In this document: positions 62,201-64,000 of the stretch, piece by piece | How positions within the stretch are numbered: the stretch's first letter is position 1 | Layout: every line of letters begins with the position of its first letter | Source: Eledone cirrhosa | Lineage: Eukaryota | NCBI GenBank assembly: GCA_964016885.1 | Contig: OZ024744.1 | Span: forward strand, 131,316,001 to 131,380,000 | DNA length: 64,000 nucleotides | Direction of reading: 5' to 3' | Notes under the pieces: generated by a model | Seen by the model: the letters and a program-made list of their open reading frames with translations, nothing else | Databases searched by the model: none | Told to the model about the DNA's origin: nothing | Made by a program: the position numbers and the translations under genes

Positions 62201-62829
62201 TTAGTTAAGTTGGGGTTAAGTTAAGTTGGGGTTAATTTAAGTTGGGGTTAAGTTAAGTTGGGGTTAAGTTAAGTGGTGGTTATGTTAAGTTGGGGTTAAG
62301 TTAAGTTGGGGTTAATTTAAATTGGGGTTAAGTTAACTTTGTGGTTAAGTTAAGTTGGGGTTAAGTTAAGTTGGGGTTAAGTTAAGTTGGGGTTCAGTTA
62401 AGTTGCGGTTAAGTTAAGTTGGGGTTAAGTTAAGTTGGGGTTAAGTTAAGTTGGGGTTAAGTTAAGTTGGGGTCAAGTTAATTTGGGGTTAAGTTAAGTT
62501 GGGGTTAAGTTAAGTTGGTTAGTTAAGTTGAGTTTAATTTAAGTTGGGGCTAAGTTAAGTTGGGGTTAAGTTAAGTTGGGGTTAAGTTAAGTTGGGGTTT
62601 AGTTAAGTTGGGGTTAAGTTAAGTTGGGGTTAATTTAAGTTGGGGTTAAGTTAAGTTGGGGTTAAGTTAAGTGGTGGTTATGTTAAGTTGGGGTTAAGTT
62701 AAGTTGGGGTTAATTTAAATTGGGGTTAAGTTAACTTTGTGGTTAAGTTAAGTTGGGGTTAAGTTAAGTTGGGGTTAAGTTAAGTTGGGGTTCAGTTAAG
62801 TTGCGGTTAATTTAAGTTGGGGCTAAGTT

Positions 62830-64000
62830 AAGTTGGGGTTAAGTTAAGTTGGGGTTAAGTTAAGTTGGGGTTAAGTTAATTTGGGGTTCAGTTAAGTTGG
62901 GGTTAAGTCAAGTTGGGGTTAAGTTGGGGTTAAATTAATCTGGGGTTAAGTTATTGTTGGGGTTAAGTTAAGTTGGGGTTAAGTTAAGTTGGGGTTAAGT
63001 TAAGTTGGGGTTAAGTTAATTTGGGGTTGAGTTAATTTGGGGTTAAGTTAAGTTGGGGTTAAGTTAAGTTGGGTTTAAGTTAAGTTGGGGTTAAATTAAG
63101 TTGGGGTGAAATTAAGTTGGGGTTAAGTTAAGTTGGGGGTAAGTTAAGTTGGGGGCAAGTTAAGTTGGGGTTAAGTTAAGTTGGGGTTAAATTAAGTTGG
63201 GGTTACGTTAAGTTGGTGTTAAGTTAAGTTGGGGTTAATTTAAGTTGGGGTTAATGAAGTTGGGGTTAAGTTAAGTTGGGGTTAAGTTAAGTTGGGGTTA
63301 ATTTAAGTTGGGATTGAGTTAAGTTGGGGTTAAGTTAAGTTGGGGTTATATTAAGTTGAGGTTAAGTTAAGTTGGGGTTAAGTTAAGTTGGGGTTCAGTT
63401 AAGTTGCGGTTAAGTTAAGTTGGGGTTAAGTTAAGTTGGGGTTAAGTTAAGTTGGGGTTAAGTTAAGTTGGGGTCAAGTTAAGTTGGGGTTAAGTTAAGT
63501 TGGGATTAAGTTAAGTTGGGGTTAAGTTAAGTTGGGGTTAAGTTAAGTAGGGGTTAAGTTAAGTTGGGGTTAAGTTAAGTTGAGGTTAAGTTAAGTTGGG
63601 GTTAAATTAAGTTGGGGTTAATTTAAGTTGGGGTTAATTTAAGCTGGGGTTAAGTTAAGTTGGGGATAATTTAAGTTGGGGATAAGTTAAGTTGGGGTTA
63701 AGTTAAGTTGGGTTTAAGTTAAGTTGGGGTTAAGTTAAGTTGGGGTTAAGTTAAGTTGGTTAGTTAAGTTGAGTTTAAGTTAAGTTGGGGTTAACTTAAG
63801 TTGGGGTTAAGTTACGTTGGGGTTAAGTTAAGTTGGGGTTAAGTTAAGTTGGGGTTCAGTTAAGTTGGGGTTAAATCAAGTTGGGGTTAAGTTGGGGTTA
63901 AATTAATTTGGGGTTAAGTTAAGTTGGGGTTAAGTTAAGTTGGGGTTAAGTTAAGTTGGGGTTAAGTTAAGTTGGGGTTAAGTTAAGTTGGAGTTAAGTT
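62830..64000 (+). repeat. Distant duplicate of ~29550-30720 (offset 33280-33281)
   Basis: ATTGTT at 29673 / 62953, TTAATGAAG at 29971 / 63251 and GGAG at 30709 / 63990. Confidence 0.85.

Larger units (their letters stand above)
1..64000 (+). repeat. 16-bp tandem satellite array, consensus GGGGTTAAGTTAAGTT, running past both window edges
   Basis: The monomer or its reverse complement AACTTAACTTAACCCC tiles the whole window with scattered substitutions. Length variants include 11 bp (GGGGTTAAGTT), 15 bp and 17 bp. The consensus is G6 T6 A4 C0, giving extreme strand skew. Confidence 0.99.

Noticed and set aside
1-64000. Protein-coding ORFs on either strand
   Set aside because: Each monomer has two TAA triplets on both strands. 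The 16-bp period cycles them through all three frames, so every frame meets stops within about 48 bp.
1-64000. CRISPR array or iteron-like prokaryotic repeat
   Set aside because: There are no unique spacers, leader or adjacent genes. Monomers are directly abutting for 64 kb.
1-64000. Active terminal telomerase-synthesised telomere tract
   Set aside because: Frequent orientation switches, inherited variant patterns and kb-scale duplications indicate recombinational amplification. A telomerase tract would be single-orientation. A telomeric ancestry remains possible and is listed as a finding.
1-64000. Promoter-like (TATA / -10) or terminator hairpin signals
   Set aside because: AT-rich words and hairpins are by-products of the monomer and the inversions. 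There is no associated transcription unit.
1-64000. Variant monomers as an information-bearing code
   Set aside because: The recurring variant order is fully explained by segmental duplication of random point mutations. Nothing in the sequence supports a decoding mechanism.

Overview
The whole 64,000 bp window is one non-coding tandem satellite array with a 16-bp consensus monomer GGGGTTAAGTTAAGTT (= TTAAG+TTAAG+TTGGGG; about 4,000 copies). No genes, RNA genes, CRISPR spacers or unique sequence are visible. About 87% is in the G-rich orientation. The remaining ~8.0 kb lies in 16 C-rich (inverted) blocks. Fourteen of these are copies of one ~345-489 bp inverted cassette with stereotyped palindromic junctions: a left junction centred on GTTAAC and a right junction CCCCAAATTCGGGG. 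The other two belong to a ~2.5 kb second-order inversion at ~7.8-10.3 kb that contains a doubly inverted cassette. Ordered variant monomers show ~0.4 kb and ~1.25 kb higher-order units and segmental duplications at offsets of about 3.4, 5.6, 9.5 and 33.3 kb. The motif looks telomere-derived: it contains TTGGGG, and its 11-bp variant TTAAGTTGGGG is one base from the bumblebee-type telomere motif TTAGGTTGGGG. The organisation is that of a recombination-amplified eukaryotic heterochromatic satellite rather than a terminal telomerase tract. Organism and chromosomal position cannot be determined from the sequence. Coordinates were read by eye; junction positions should be close to exact, while duplication boundaries are approximate.
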